A stretch of 36,770 bases of DNA from Candidatus Binatia bacterium (GCA_036505755.1 DASXSW010000252.1:1-36770); one strand, 5' to 3'; positions 27,152 through 36,714 are shown, counted from the stretch's first letter. Numbers and translations: made by a program. Notes: a model not told the origin generated them from the letters alone.

Positions 27152-28242
27152 GAGACGGTTTGGCGATTGATAAATGGATGCTGCTCGCGGTCGTATGCCT
27201 GCTGGCGCTGGGCATGACCATGGTCTTGAGCACCAGTTATCTTTACTCCCAAGAACGCTACGGCGACGGAACTTACTTCTTCCGCAAACAGCTGCTTGCC
27301 ATGGGCGCGGGCGCAGTGGCCTTGATTGTTTGCGCGATGGTGCCGTCCACGCTCTATCGTCGGCTGGCCTATCCGCTTTTGGCCGTTACATTTGTCGTTC
27401 TCATCCTCGTTCTGATCCCGGGCGTCGGCGTGAACCGCGGCGGCGCGCGGCGCTGGATCATGCTCGCTGGCTTCGCCTTTCAGCCGTCCGAGTTGGCGAA
27501 GTTGGCCATGATTTTTTATCTCGCCCACTCCATGGCCAAGAAGGAGCAAGCGATCCGCACGTTTTCCGTCGGCGTTCTACCCCACCTGATAGTGAGCGGG
27601 GCGTTTGCCGGAGTGCTGCTGCTCGAACCTGATTTCGGCAGCGCGCTGATTATGACCATGTTGCTCTATTTCATGCTGTTCGTCGGCGGTGCGCGCATGC
27701 ACCATCTGCTCGCCACCGGGCTGATGGCTTTGCCCCTGTTAGTCTACGTGATGACGAAGGCTGAATACCGTGTGCGCCGGCTGATGACTTTCTTAGATCC
27801 GTGGAGCGATGCCGCCGGCAGCGGATTTCACGTCATTCAGTCCTTGATTGCATTTGGCTCTGGCCAAGTGTGGGGGCGAGGCCTTGGCGAAAGCCGCCAG
27901 AAACTTTTTTATCTGCCGGAAGCGCATACCGATTTTGTTTATTCGGTGGTCGGCGAAGAATTGGGCCTGTTGGGAGCGTGGGTGGTTTTGGCGCTGTTCG
28001 GCGTCATCATCACGCGCGGCCTTAGGCTAACGGCCAAGATCGAAGAGCCGTTCGAGCAGTATCTGGCATTTGGCTTGACAGTGCTTCTCGGAGCGCAAGC
28101 CTTGATCCATATGGGCGTCGTCATGGGATTGATGCCGACCAAGGGCTTGGTATTGCCGTTTATTAGCTACGGTGGATCCGCCATGGTGATTAACTTGATG
28201 GCGGCGGGAATATTGCTGGGTCTCTCGCGCCGGAGACTCTAG
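27148..28242 (+). CDS. ftsW: SEDS-family peptidoglycan glycosyltransferase FtsW
   Basis: 364 aa, polytopic. It has FQPSELAKLA, PEAHTDFVYSVVGEELG and LPFISYGGSAMV. Its ATG overlaps the murD stop (ATGA). Confidence 0.9.
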   Translation: MRDGLAIDKWMLLAVVCLLALGMTMVLSTSYLYSQERYGDGTYFFRKQLLAMGAGAVALIVCAMVPSTLYRRLAYPLLAVTFVVLILVLIPGVGVNRGGARRWIMLAGFAFQPSELAKLAMIFYLAHSMAKKEQAIRTFSVGVLPHLIVSGAFAGVLLLEPDFGSALIMTMLLYFMLFVGGARMHHLLATGLMALPLLVYVMTKAEYRVRRLMTFLDPWSDAAGSGFHVIQSLIAFGSGQVWGRGLGESRQKLFYLPEAHTDFVYSVVGEELGLLGAWVVLALFGVIITRGLRLTAKIEEPFEQYLAFGLTVLLGAQALIHMGVVMGLMPTKGLVLPFISYGGSAMVINLMAAGILLGLSRRRL

Positions 28243-28243
28243 C

Positions 28244-29311
28244 ATGCGGGTGATCTTCGCCGGCGGGGGAACCGGTGGCCATCTGTTCCCCGGGCTGGCG
28301 GTTGCGCGGGAATTTCAACGACGCGATCCGACGACAGAGATCTTGTTCGTCGGAACGGAACAAGGGATCGAATTTCGCGTGCTGCCAAAGGCAGGATTCA
28401 GATTGGAGACCTTGACGGTCAAGGGCCTTAAAGGAAGAGGGATGCGTGGTTTGCTCGACGCGCTCTACGGCGTGCCCACGAGCGTCGTGCGCTCGGTGGC
28501 GGTGATCAAAAAATTTCGCCCCGACTGCGTGATCGGGTTGGGCGGCTATGCTTCGGGCCCGGTACTGCTCGCAGCCAAGTTGACCGGCATGCGCTGCGCG
28601 ATCATGGAGCAAAATCTTCGTCCCGGCTTTACCAACAAAATTCTTTCGCGGCTGGTCAATCGCGTGTTCACGTCCTATGGCAAGAGCGTGGAGTATTTTC
28701 CGCGGGATCGAGTGATCGAAACCGGCAATCCGGTTCGCTGGCAAAAACTCCCGGAGGTTCCAAAGCGGGACAAGTTTTCGCTGTTGGTATTCGGCGGCAG
28801 CGCCGGTGCCCGCCGCATCAATTTTGCGGTGGTCGACGCGCTCAAACAATTGACCGATCTGGAGTCGGAACTTTTTGTCGTGCACCAAACCGGCGAGCTT
28901 GATTACGCCGTGATCAAGGAAGCTTACGCGACGCTGCCGTTCGAAGCGGAAACAACGCCGTTCATCGACAAAATGGATGAAGCTTATGCGCGGGCGGATC
29001 TGGTGCTGTGTCGCGCCGGCGCGACCACGGTGGCGGAACTGACCGCGTTCGGCAAGGCGGCGATTGTCGTGCCGTATCCTTACGCGATTTACGATCATCA
29101 GCGCGGCAATGCTCAAGCCCTGCAGGAGCGGGGAGCCGCCGAGATGATTTTGGATCAAGCATTGGACGGGCGAATTTTGTCGGAGAGAATTCGCAGCTAC
29201 GTGGCGGATCGCGGCCGAATCGATCGAATGGCGTCCGCCGCGCGCGCCATGGGACGCCCTCAAGCCGCGGCGCGAATCGTCGATGAGTGTTACGCCTTGG
29301 CCCATGGATAA
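28244..29311 (+). CDS. murG: UDP-N-acetylglucosamine--N-acetylmuramyl-(pentapeptide) pyrophosphoryl-undecaprenol GlcNAc transferase MurG
   Basis: 355 aa with the N-terminal GGGTGGHLFPGLAVA, LGGYASGP, CRAGATTVAELT and DHQRGNA. Confidence 0.93.
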   Translation: MRVIFAGGGTGGHLFPGLAVAREFQRRDPTTEILFVGTEQGIEFRVLPKAGFRLETLTVKGLKGRGMRGLLDALYGVPTSVVRSVAVIKKFRPDCVIGLGGYASGPVLLAAKLTGMRCAIMEQNLRPGFTNKILSRLVNRVFTSYGKSVEYFPRDRVIETGNPVRWQKLPEVPKRDKFSLLVFGGSAGARRINFAVVDALKQLTDLESELFVVHQTGELDYAVIKEAYATLPFEAETTPFIDKMDEAYARADLVLCRAGATTVAELTAFGKAAIVVPYPYAIYDHQRGNAQALQERGAAEMILDQALDGRILSERIRSYVADRGRIDRMASAARAMGRPQAAARIVDECYALAHG

Positions 29312-29335
29312 GATTTCTCCGGTGGCTGAAATTTC

Positions 29336-30706
29336 ATGCTGCAGAAGAAACATAAAATTCATTTCGTCGGCATCGGCGGCATCGGCATGAGCGGCATCGC
29401 GGAGGTTTTATTGAATTCCGGGTATGTGGTGACCGGCTCGGATCTTCAGGAAAGCGAAGTGACGCGACGACTACGTTCGCTCGGCGCGCGCGTGTTTGTC
29501 GGCCACCAAGAGGTGAACCTTGCCGGCAACCCGTCCGTTGTCGTGATTTCGACGGCGGTCAAATATTCCAATCCGGAAGTGTTGGAAGCGCGCCGGCGCC
29601 ATATCCCGGTGATCCCGCGTGCGGAAATGTTGGCTGAGCTGATGCGCATGAAGTACGGCGTTGCGGTGGCTGGTAGTCACGGCAAGACGACGACAACGTC
29701 GATGATCGCCGCGGTATTGAGCACGGCGGGACTGGATCCGACGATGGTGATCGGCGGCCGAGTGCATATGCTCGGGACCAACGCCAAGATGGGTGAGGGT
29801 GAATTTCTGGTCGCCGAGGCGGATGAAAGCGACGGCAGTTTTCTGCTGTTGTCACCGACCATCGCTGTGGTGACCAACATCGATAAGGAACACATGGATT
29901 TCCATCAAACGATGGAGCGGCTCAACGATAGTTTTCTTACGTTCATTAACCAGGTGCCGTTCTATGGATTGGCCGTGCTTTGTATCGACGACGCCAACGT
30001 GCATGGCCTTTTGCCCAAAGCGAAAAAGCGCTTCACGACGTACGGGCTCTCCGCCGAGGCGGACTATTCGGCTCAGGATCTGAAAATGACGGCGGCCGGG
30101 GTCGAATTTACCGTGCTGCGTCATGGAAAGTCGTTGGGTCGGTTGCACTTGAACCTGCCCGGGCGACACAGCGCGACGAATGCGTTGGCGGCCGTCGCCG
30201 TTGCTCATGAGCTAGAGATTCCCTTCACGCAGGTCGTCGAGGGGCTAGGGGCTTTTACCGGGATTCACCGGCGATTCGAAATCAAGGGCGAGCCCAAGGG
30301 AATCATGGTCGTGGATGATTACGGCCACCATCCGACGGAAATTCGCGCGACGATTGGCGCCATCCGCGACAGCTGGAAGCGGCCGTTGACGGTGATCTTT
30401 CAGCCGCACCGCTTTACCCGAACAAGGGATCTCTTCGATGAATTCTTGACCGCTTTCGAAGGCGCGGATCGGCTCGTGCTGACGGAAATTTACCCCGCAG
30501 GCGAAGATCCGATTGCCGGCATCACCGGCGAGGCGCTGTATCAAGCGATCAAACGCAAGGGGCATCTCGATGTGGAATTCGGCCCGGACAAAAACCATAT
30601 CGTCGCGCAGCTGGCAGAAAAACTGAATGGCGGCGACATCGTTCTGACGCTTGGCGCGGGCGATATCTACAAGGTCGGAGAAGCCATGGTTGAGGCGCTG
30701 AAGTGA
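29336..30706 (+). CDS. murC: UDP-N-acetylmuramate--L-alanine ligase MurC
   Basis: 456 aa with [17 protein letters not shown], the P-loop [23 protein letters not shown] and [12 protein letters not shown]. Confidence 0.93.
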   Translation: MLQKKHKIHFVGIGGIGMSGIAEVLLNSGYVVTGSDLQESEVTRRLRSLGARVFVGHQEVNLAGNPSVVVISTAVKYSNPEVLEARRRHIPVIPRAEMLAELMRMKYGVAVAGSHGKTTTTSMIAAVLSTAGLDPTMVIGGRVHMLGTNAKMGEGEFLVAEADESDGSFLLLSPTIAVVTNIDKEHMDFHQTMERLNDSFLTFINQVPFYGLAVLCIDDANVHGLLPKAKKRFTTYGLSAEADYSAQDLKMTAAGVEFTVLRHGKSLGRLHLNLPGRHSATNALAAVAVAHELEIPFTQVVEGLGAFTGIHRRFEIKGEPKGIMVVDDYGHHPTEIRATIGAIRDSWKRPLTVIFQPHRFTRTRDLFDEFLTAFEGADRLVLTEIYPAGEDPIAGITGEALYQAIKRKGHLDVEFGPDKNHIVAQLAEKLNGGDIVLTLGAGDIYKVGEAMVEALK

Positions 30707-30717
30707 AGGCTTGGGGA

Positions 30718-30811
30718 TTGGAGTACTGGAGTGATGGAGCGGTGGAGTGATGGAAAAATGCGGGGCGGAGAGGACCCAATACTCCAACATTCCAACACCC
30801 CAAGACTACAA
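30718..30811 (+). repeat. paired period-8 short tandem repeat arrays (TGGAG-type then CCAA-type) forming an imperfect hairpin
   Basis: GGA occurs at 30720, 30728, 30736, 30744 and 30752, in the units TTGGAGTA / CTGGAGTG / ATGGAGCG / GTGGAGTG / ATGGAAAA. CCAA occurs at 30776, 30784, 30792 and 30800, with ACAA at 30808. Bases 30718-30725 are perfectly complementary to 30780-30787, and 30710-30716 to 30798-30804. Confidence 0.7.
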
Positions 30812-30821
30812 CCAGCCTGTG

Positions 30822-31772
30822 ATGTTTGCGATGACCAAAACTAGTTACGATTCGCCATTGGCGGCGGAGCTAAAACAGATTTCCGGGCTGAAAGTGAAGA
30901 TTGCCGAGCCTTTGGCGCGTTACACGTCGATGAAGGTCGGCGGACCGGCGGATTATTTTATCGAAGCGCAGACGGACGCGGCATTGGCGAGTGTTTTGCG
31001 CTTGCTCAATCAGCGCGCCATGAGTTTTTGTCTCCTGGGCAACGGCAGCAATGTTTTGATCAGCGACCGCGGCGTGCGCGGTGCGGTGATCCGCTTAGCC
31101 GGCGAATTCAAAAAAATCGAATGGCAGGAAGAAGCTGCACGGATCCACGTCAATGTCGGCGCAGCCTACGCTGTAACGCAATTGGTTCGCGAAGCGGCGC
31201 GCAAAGGGTATGCGGGTCTGGAATTTGCCGAGGGTATTCCCGGCAGTGTCGGTGGGGCGCTGTTCATGAATGCGGGAGCGTACGGTTCCGAGTTCGAAAA
31301 AGTCGCCGATCAAATCGAAGGCGTAACGTCGCAAGGACAGCCGATTCGGCTTAGCCGGGGTGAGATGACTTTCAGCTACCGGGATTCTCATTTACCGGCC
31401 GGAACGATCGTGACTCGTGTGCGCATGCAATTGCCCAAGGCCGAGCCCGCCGCGGTCGGCTCCAAGCTTCACGAGTTGGTGCGTCGGCGAAAAGCCAGCC
31501 AGCCTTCCGGTTATCCCAACTCCGGGTCGATGTTTCGTAATCCACCGGGGGATTATGCGGGCCGGTTGATCGAGGCCGCAGGGCTGAAAGGGAAGCGGAT
31601 CGGGCAGTCACAAATATCCGAGCGCCATGCGAACTTCATCGTCAATCTCGGCGGCGCCAAAGCGGTGGACGTGCTGCAACTGACGGAGCTGGCTCGGGCA
31701 GCAGTGCGCAGACAGTTCGGCATCGAGTTGGTTCTGGAAGTGAAGCTTATAGGTGAGTGGGCGGCCGATTGA
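30822..31772 (+). CDS. murB: UDP-N-acetylenolpyruvoylglucosamine reductase MurB
   Basis: The frame is open from the GTG at 30747. ATGs at 30750, 30822 and 30831 are all possible starts. I list 30822 because it leaves a typical ~30-residue lead before PLARYTSMKVGGPADYF. It has the FAD-binding LGNGSNVL, plus GSMFRNPPG and HANFIVN. Confidence 0.85.
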   Translation: MFAMTKTSYDSPLAAELKQISGLKVKIAEPLARYTSMKVGGPADYFIEAQTDAALASVLRLLNQRAMSFCLLGNGSNVLISDRGVRGAVIRLAGEFKKIEWQEEAARIHVNVGAAYAVTQLVREAARKGYAGLEFAEGIPGSVGGALFMNAGAYGSEFEKVADQIEGVTSQGQPIRLSRGEMTFSYRDSHLPAGTIVTRVRMQLPKAEPAAVGSKLHELVRRRKASQPSGYPNSGSMFRNPPGDYAGRLIEAAGLKGKRIGQSQISERHANFIVNLGGAKAVDVLQLTELARAAVRRQFGIELVLEVKLIGEWAAD

Positions 31773-31782
31773 GCCGGAAGCG

Positions 31783-32598
31783 ATGCAGCTAAAAGTTTAT
31801 CGCAAAGATAATCGGAAAAAGGCTGAACGGCCCTGGCGTCGGCGCGCCCTGCGTTATGGCGGGTTCGTTGGCCTCTTGATTTTAGCGGCAGTGGGCTATC
31901 GTCTCAGCGGCCCGCTCGTGGCGGTGGCGGATTCGCTGCGCGATTTCGTCGTGGAAAATCCATATTTTTCAGTGCGCGAGATTCAGGTGCGTGGCGGCGA
32001 CAAACTCAGTGGCAACGAGATCGTCACCATCGCCGGGTTGCGCCAGGGAATGAGCATCTGGAAGATCGAGCTCGCCGGCATCGAAAAGAAAATCGCGAAA
32101 CATCCTTGGGTGCGCCGCGTTTTAGTGCGCCGGGAGTTTCCCGGCCGTATCATCATCGACGTTGAGGAGCGCACGCCAAGGGCGATTGTCGCTATCCGCA
32201 AACTTTACTATGTCGACTCGGACGGCACGGTTTTTAAGGAAGTCGCTGCCGGCGAAAACGTCAAGTTTCCGCTGCTCACCGGCCTGCGCGCCGAAGATAT
32301 CATGACCGCCAATCCGGCCGTGCGCCGGCGCATTCAGGACGCCATGCGTCTTGCCGAGATGATGGCGCAGCGCTCGCATTCGCTTTCGGAAATTCATTTC
32401 GATGCGCCCGATCGCTTGGTGGTTTATACGACGACCTATCCCGTCGCGCTGCAGATGGGTTGGGGAGAATGGGACGAGAAGTTGGACCGAATGGAACGCC
32501 TGTTAGCGCTGTGGAAGGGTCATGAAGAACGCCTGACGTCATTAGATATGAGCTTTCGCGATCAAGTGGTTGCCCGGCTGCGCCGCGTCTCGCAGTGA
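31783..32598 (+). CDS. ftsQ: cell division protein FtsQ
   Basis: The frame is open from the GTG at 31753. I prefer the ATG at 31783, which has GGAAG upstream. It has a basic N-terminus, one TM (YGGFVGLLILAAVGY), then a POTRA-like region (FSVREIQVRGGDKLSGNEIV ... HPWVRRVLVRREFPGRIIIDVEER). Confidence 0.85.
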   Translation: MQLKVYRKDNRKKAERPWRRRALRYGGFVGLLILAAVGYRLSGPLVAVADSLRDFVVENPYFSVREIQVRGGDKLSGNEIVTIAGLRQGMSIWKIELAGIEKKIAKHPWVRRVLVRREFPGRIIIDVEERTPRAIVAIRKLYYVDSDGTVFKEVAAGENVKFPLLTGLRAEDIMTANPAVRRRIQDAMRLAEMMAQRSHSLSEIHFDAPDRLVVYTTTYPVALQMGWGEWDEKLDRMERLLALWKGHEERLTSLDMSFRDQVVARLRRVSQ

Positions 32599-32629
32599 TG
32601 GCCGATATAGCGACTTACTTTAGAAAACT

Positions 32630-33856
32630 ATGGCAAAGAAACATAGCATCGTTGTCGGATTAGATATCGGAACAACCAAGATTTGCGCCCTGATCGGAGA
32701 AATGACCGATCAAGGCGTGGAAATCATCGGCGTAGGATCGCACCCGTCTCAGGGGCTGCGTAAGGGCGTGGTGATTAATATCGAAGCCACTGTGAGCTCG
32801 GTCAGGAGAGCCATCGAAGAAGCGGGACTCATGGCCGGCTGTGAGGTTCACACCGTATTCACAAGTATCTCGGGCGGCCACGTCAAAGCGTTTAACAGCC
32901 ACGGTATTGTCGCGGTGAAGAACAAAGAAGTGACGCAGCGCGATTTGGAGCGGGTCATTGATGCCGCCAAGGCCGTGGCGATTCCGATGGACCGCGAGGT
33001 GCTGCACGTCCTGCCGCAGGATTATATCGTTGACGACCAGGATGGGATCAAAGATCCGCTCGGCATGTCCGGGGTCCGGCTCGAAGCGAAAGTTCACATT
33101 GTCACCGGCGCGGTGACTTCGGCGCAAAATATCATCAAGTGTTGCAACCGCACCGGCCTCAACGTCGCCGAGGTCGTGCTGGCGCCATTGGCGGCGGCCG
33201 AAGCCGTGCTCACCGACGAACAGCGAGAGCTGGGTGTCGTCTTAGTCGATTTGGGCGGTGGCACGACCGATATCGTCATCTATCACGACGGCACGCTGAA
33301 ACACACGGCCGTCCTTAGTATCGGCGGCAACCACGTGACCAACGATATCGCCGCCGGACTACGCACGCCGTTCAACGACGCCGAACGTATTAAGCAGCGC
33401 CATGGTTACGCCACGGCGGCGATGGTGTCCGACAAGGAGAGAGTCGATGTTCCGAGCGTGGCGGGCAAAGGCGCCGGTACCATCTCGCGACAGATCCTCT
33501 GTGAAATCATCGAGCCTCGTCTCGATGAAATCTTCGAGTTGGTGCAAAAAGAGATCGTCAAATCGGGCTTGGACGGCGCGTTAGCATCGGGAATCGTGGT
33601 GACGGGCGGATCGATGCTGCTGCCCGGCGCTGTCGAAATGGCTGAGCGCTGCCTGGGCCTGCCGGTAAGGCTTGGCGTTCCGGTTCACGTCGGCGGCTTG
33701 GTCGATATCATCGATAACCCGGTCTATGCGGCGGGCGTGGGTTTGGTGTTGCATGGCGTGAAGCGTCAAGAGCGGAGCATCTTCCGCGTCCGCGACGATA
33801 AAATTCTATCGAAAGTGAAACATCGAATGTCGGATTGGCTGAGCGAATTCTTTTAG
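32630..33856 (+). CDS. ftsA: cell division protein FtsA
   Basis: 408 aa with actin-fold motifs VGLDIGTTKICALIGE, VLVDLGGGTTDIVIY and VVTGGSMLLPG. A C-terminal amphipathic tail (DWLSEFF) is present. Confidence 0.95.
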   Translation: MAKKHSIVVGLDIGTTKICALIGEMTDQGVEIIGVGSHPSQGLRKGVVINIEATVSSVRRAIEEAGLMAGCEVHTVFTSISGGHVKAFNSHGIVAVKNKEVTQRDLERVIDAAKAVAIPMDREVLHVLPQDYIVDDQDGIKDPLGMSGVRLEAKVHIVTGAVTSAQNIIKCCNRTGLNVAEVVLAPLAAAEAVLTDEQRELGVVLVDLGGGTTDIVIYHDGTLKHTAVLSIGGNHVTNDIAAGLRTPFNDAERIKQRHGYATAAMVSDKERVDVPSVAGKGAGTISRQILCEIIEPRLDEIFELVQKEIVKSGLDGALASGIVVTGGSMLLPGAVEMAERCLGLPVRLGVPVHVGGLVDIIDNPVYAAGVGLVLHGVKRQERSIFRVRDDKILSKVKHRMSDWLSEFF

Positions 33857-33900
33857 TCAGAAAATAAAACCTAACGACTTTTTTCGGAGGAGGAAAGCTT

Positions 33901-35115
33901 ATGTTTGAGATTGTCGAGCAACATGGCATGACCGCGCGGATCAAGGTCATTGGCATCGGCGGCGGCGGCGGTAATGCGGTCAATACCATGATCGGCGGGA
34001 AACTTTCGGGCGTCGATTTCATGGTAGCGAATACCGATGCGCAATCTTTGGAAGCGAGCCAGGCGCCGCTGCGGATTCAACTCGGCAGCATGGTCACCAA
34101 GGGATTGGGCGCCGGCGCCAACCCGGAAATCGGCCGTCGCGCCGCTTTGGAAGATCAAGAACAGATCAGGGAGTATCTTGAAGGCTCCGATATGATCTTT
34201 CTCACCGCCGGCATGGGTGGCGGCACCGGCACGGGCGGCGCGCCGGTCATCGCTCGAGTGGCCCGCGACGTGGGCGCGCTGACCGTCGGCGTGGTGACGA
34301 AGCCCTTTATTTTCGAGGGCAAAAAGCGCATGCGCCAAGCCGAAGAAGGCATCGAAGAGTTGAAACAGAGCGTCGATACGTTGATCGTGATACCGAACCA
34401 GCGGCTGTTAAGCATTGCCGCAAAGACCACCACGATGCTGGAAGCGTTTCACAAGGCCGACGACGTGCTGCTGCAAGCCGTGCGTGGGATTTCCGATCTC
34501 ATTATCACGCCGGGTCTGATCAATCTCGATTTTGCCGACGTGCGCACCGTCATGGCCGAGATGGGATTGGCATTGATGGGTGCCGCGGCCGCCACTGGCG
34601 AAAACCGCGCCATCGAAGCCGCACAAAGGGCGATCTCGAGTCCGCTGCTCGAGGATATCTCGATTCAGGGCGCGCGCGGCGTGCTGATCAACATTACCGG
34701 CGGGCCGGATCTCTGTCTGCACGAGGTCAACGAGGCGGCGTCGATGATTCAAGAGGAAGCGCACGACGATGCCAACATCATCTTCGGCGCGGTGATCGAT
34801 GAAAGCCTGACCGACGAGATTCGCATCACGGTGATCGCCACCGGCTTCGGTGAGGTGAGAGAGGAGAAGAAGCCGGCACCTCAGCCGGTAACAAATCTCG
34901 CCAGCATCGCGAGCGCCGCGCCCAAGAACAAGAAAGTCGTTCACCTGGGCACCATCGTCGACGATCTCGACTCGCCAACCTGGCAACGCAAGAAGAGCGG
35001 CAGCGACGAGACCGAAACGGTGACTTTGGCCAAGAGCAACTTTGAGTTCACAGCAAATCAGGACGACGACGACAAATACGATATCCCGACTTTCCTGCGA
35101 CGGCAGATGGACTAG
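33901..35115 (+). CDS. ftsZ: cell division GTPase FtsZ
   Basis: 404 aa with [11 protein letters not shown] and the tubulin signature [13 protein letters not shown]. The conserved C-terminal peptide DIPTFLRRQ follows a disordered linker. Confidence 0.97.
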   Translation: MFEIVEQHGMTARIKVIGIGGGGGNAVNTMIGGKLSGVDFMVANTDAQSLEASQAPLRIQLGSMVTKGLGAGANPEIGRRAALEDQEQIREYLEGSDMIFLTAGMGGGTGTGGAPVIARVARDVGALTVGVVTKPFIFEGKKRMRQAEEGIEELKQSVDTLIVIPNQRLLSIAAKTTTMLEAFHKADDVLLQAVRGISDLIITPGLINLDFADVRTVMAEMGLALMGAAAATGENRAIEAAQRAISSPLLEDISIQGARGVLINITGGPDLCLHEVNEAASMIQEEAHDDANIIFGAVIDESLTDEIRITVIATGFGEVREEKKPAPQPVTNLASIASAAPKNKKVVHLGTIVDDLDSPTWQRKKSGSDETETVTLAKSNFEFTANQDDDDKYDIPTFLRRQMD

Positions 35116-35191
35116 TCTGGGGGGACGCCTGGTGATGTTTTCGTAGAATGCGCTTGCGCATCGAGTGTTGTCGCCACAAGGATCGCGATTG

Positions 35192-35572
35192 TCACGAAGG
35201 CAACAGCGCGCGTCGGCTACTTTTGTAACGCATGCGTGTGCCGTGATTGACTGAGAGCATGATTTCGTCGGTGCTCAGCTCGGGAGGAAAAAAGGCGCCG
35301 GAGATCCACGCTCCGTTGATGCTGGCGCCTTCGAGGCGAGCGTTTGAAAAATCGATGCCGCGCAAATCAGCGGCGCTGAAATAACAGTTGCTAAAGTCGA
35401 TCCCGGCGGTGTCGAGACCGCGCAGGTCAAGATGGCGAAAGTCGCAGGATGTCAGCTGGCATGGCTCGCCCTGGGACTTGCGCTGATTGAACTCTTTGAT
35501 TTTGCCGTCGCCAACAGTTGGTAGAGCGAGTCTTCGTAGGTTAGCGGTTTAAGCGCTATAGCTGCCGATCAT
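35192..35572 (-). pseudogene. pentapeptide-repeat protein ORF interrupted by an in-frame TAA (pseudogene or non-standard start)
   Basis: This is my own minus-strand translation. ATG (35572) MIGSYSA-TAA(35551-35549)-TANLRRLALPTVGDGKIKEFNQRKSQGEPCQLTSCDFRHLDLRGLDTAGIDFSNCYFSAADLRGIDFSNARLEGASINGAWISGAFFPPELSTDEIMLSVNHGTRMRYKSSRRALLPS-TGA (35194-35192). The A(D/N)LxG-type pentapeptide periodicity is clear. Between the TAA and a late TTG there is no ATG, GTG or TTG, so the ORF track misses it. Confidence 0.5.
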
Positions 35573-35619
35573 CCGCCGGCGGTCCGAGAATCCAGCGAGT
35601 CCAACTAAACTGATCGGCG

Positions 35620-36714
35620 CTATTTAGAAGTTCTTAAGCGCTTTTCCTGGCGTGCTCTTTCGAGGGCCAGCTTGATCAGTCGATCGATTAGCCAGGAATA
35701 GCTGATGCCGCTCGCCTGCCACATCTTCGGGTACATGCTGATCTTGGTGAATCCGGGAATGGTGTTAATCTCATTGACCACGACCTGCCCGTTGGCGCGC
35801 AGGAAAAAATCGACCCGAGCCATTCCCTCGCAGCACAGCACTCGGTAAGCCCGCAAGGCGAGCGCGCGGATTTTTTTCACCACGGTCTTTGGCAGCCGCG
35901 CGGGAATTTCGAAACGCGCGCCTTTATCGTCGATGTATTTGGCGTCGTAAGAATAGAAGTCATGTTGCACGATGATTTCGCCCGGCAGTGAGGCGATCGG
36001 TTTCTCGTTGCCAAGAACGGCGCACTCGATTTCACGGCCCGGAACGAATTCCTCGATCACGATCTTGTTGTCGTAGCGAAAGGCGTCTTCGATCGCGCGC
36101 CTGAAATTTTCTTTGTTGGTGACCTTATTAATGCCAACCGAAGAGCCGAGATTTGCCGGCTTGACAAATAGCGGCAGACCGAGGGCTTTCTTTACCTTCG
36201 CAAAACTGACCCTATTCATATCGGCGCGTTGAAAAGCCAGGAACTTTGCGATGGGAATCCGGGCATCGCGCAGCAGCCGTTTCATCACGTCTTTGTCCAT
36301 GCCCACCGCGGATCCCAACACACCCGCCCCCACGAAAGGGACATTGGCGAGCTTGAGCAAGCCTTGAATCGTGCCGTCTTCGCCAAACGGTCCATGGAGC
36401 ACTGGGAAAACCAGGTCCACCGGCCCAAATGGCGCGCCCGCCGATGGCCGGACCATTGGGGCGCGGGATTCTCCCGGCAGCACGGCGGTGGCATTCTTCA
36501 GGTCGCGGCATTCGACCTGGGACTGCTCTACACCAGTCAGCAAGCGCGCTCTAGCGTCGGTGAACCATCGCCCTTGTTTATCGATGCCAATGGCGACGAC
36601 GTCATACTTTTTTTTGTCCATCGCCTCGTAGATGTTTCTCGCCGATATGAGGGAAATCTCATGTTCGGCGGATTTACCGCCGAAGAGTAACGCGACGCGT
36701 AGTTTTTTTCTCAT
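35620..36714 (-). CDS. ddl: D-alanine--D-alanine ligase
   Basis: The frame is open to 36765, but the ATG at 36714 (MRKKLRVALLFGGKSAEHEISLISA) gives the canonical Ddl N-terminus. It has the ATP-grasp motifs FPVLHGPFGEDGTIQG, LPLFVKPANLGSSVGI and EINTIPGFT. Confidence 0.93.
   Translation of the reverse strand: MRKKLRVALLFGGKSAEHEISLISARNIYEAMDKKKYDVVAIGIDKQGRWFTDARARLLTGVEQSQVECRDLKNATAVLPGESRAPMVRPSAGAPFGPVDLVFPVLHGPFGEDGTIQGLLKLANVPFVGAGVLGSAVGMDKDVMKRLLRDARIPIAKFLAFQRADMNRVSFAKVKKALGLPLFVKPANLGSSVGINKVTNKENFRRAIEDAFRYDNKIVIEEFVPGREIECAVLGNEKPIASLPGEIIVQHDFYSYDAKYIDDKGARFEIPARLPKTVVKKIRALALRAYRVLCCEGMARVDFFLRANGQVVVNEINTIPGFTKISMYPKMWQASGISYSWLIDRLIKLALERARQEKRLRTSK

Noticed and set aside
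28190-29362. A 390-aa minus-strand ORF antisense to murG. Similar long antisense ORFs occur at 26378..27142 (murD), 25226..25897 (mraY), 34408..34986 (ftsZ), 30245..30790 (murC), 23734..24183 and 24214..24594 (murF).
   Set aside because: Each lies entirely opposite an unmistakable, motif-bearing housekeeping gene. Their products are Arg/Ala/Gly/His-rich with no recognisable motifs. Stop-poor antisense frames are expected in GC-rich coding DNA, so these are shadow ORFs.
30718-30757. Reading the GAG repeats in the murC-murB spacer as a TRAP-like (G/U)AG binding array.
   Set aside because: TRAP-type sites are separated by 2-3 nt spacers (period about 5-6) and need about 9-11 copies. Here the period is 8 with 4-5 copies.
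35116-35191. ATGCGC-TT-GCGCAT palindrome between ftsZ and the pentapeptide-repeat ORF, considered as a bidirectional terminator.
   Set aside because: It is a short stem with a 2-nt loop, so the effective stem is about 4 bp. No U-run follows on either strand, so it is too weak to call.
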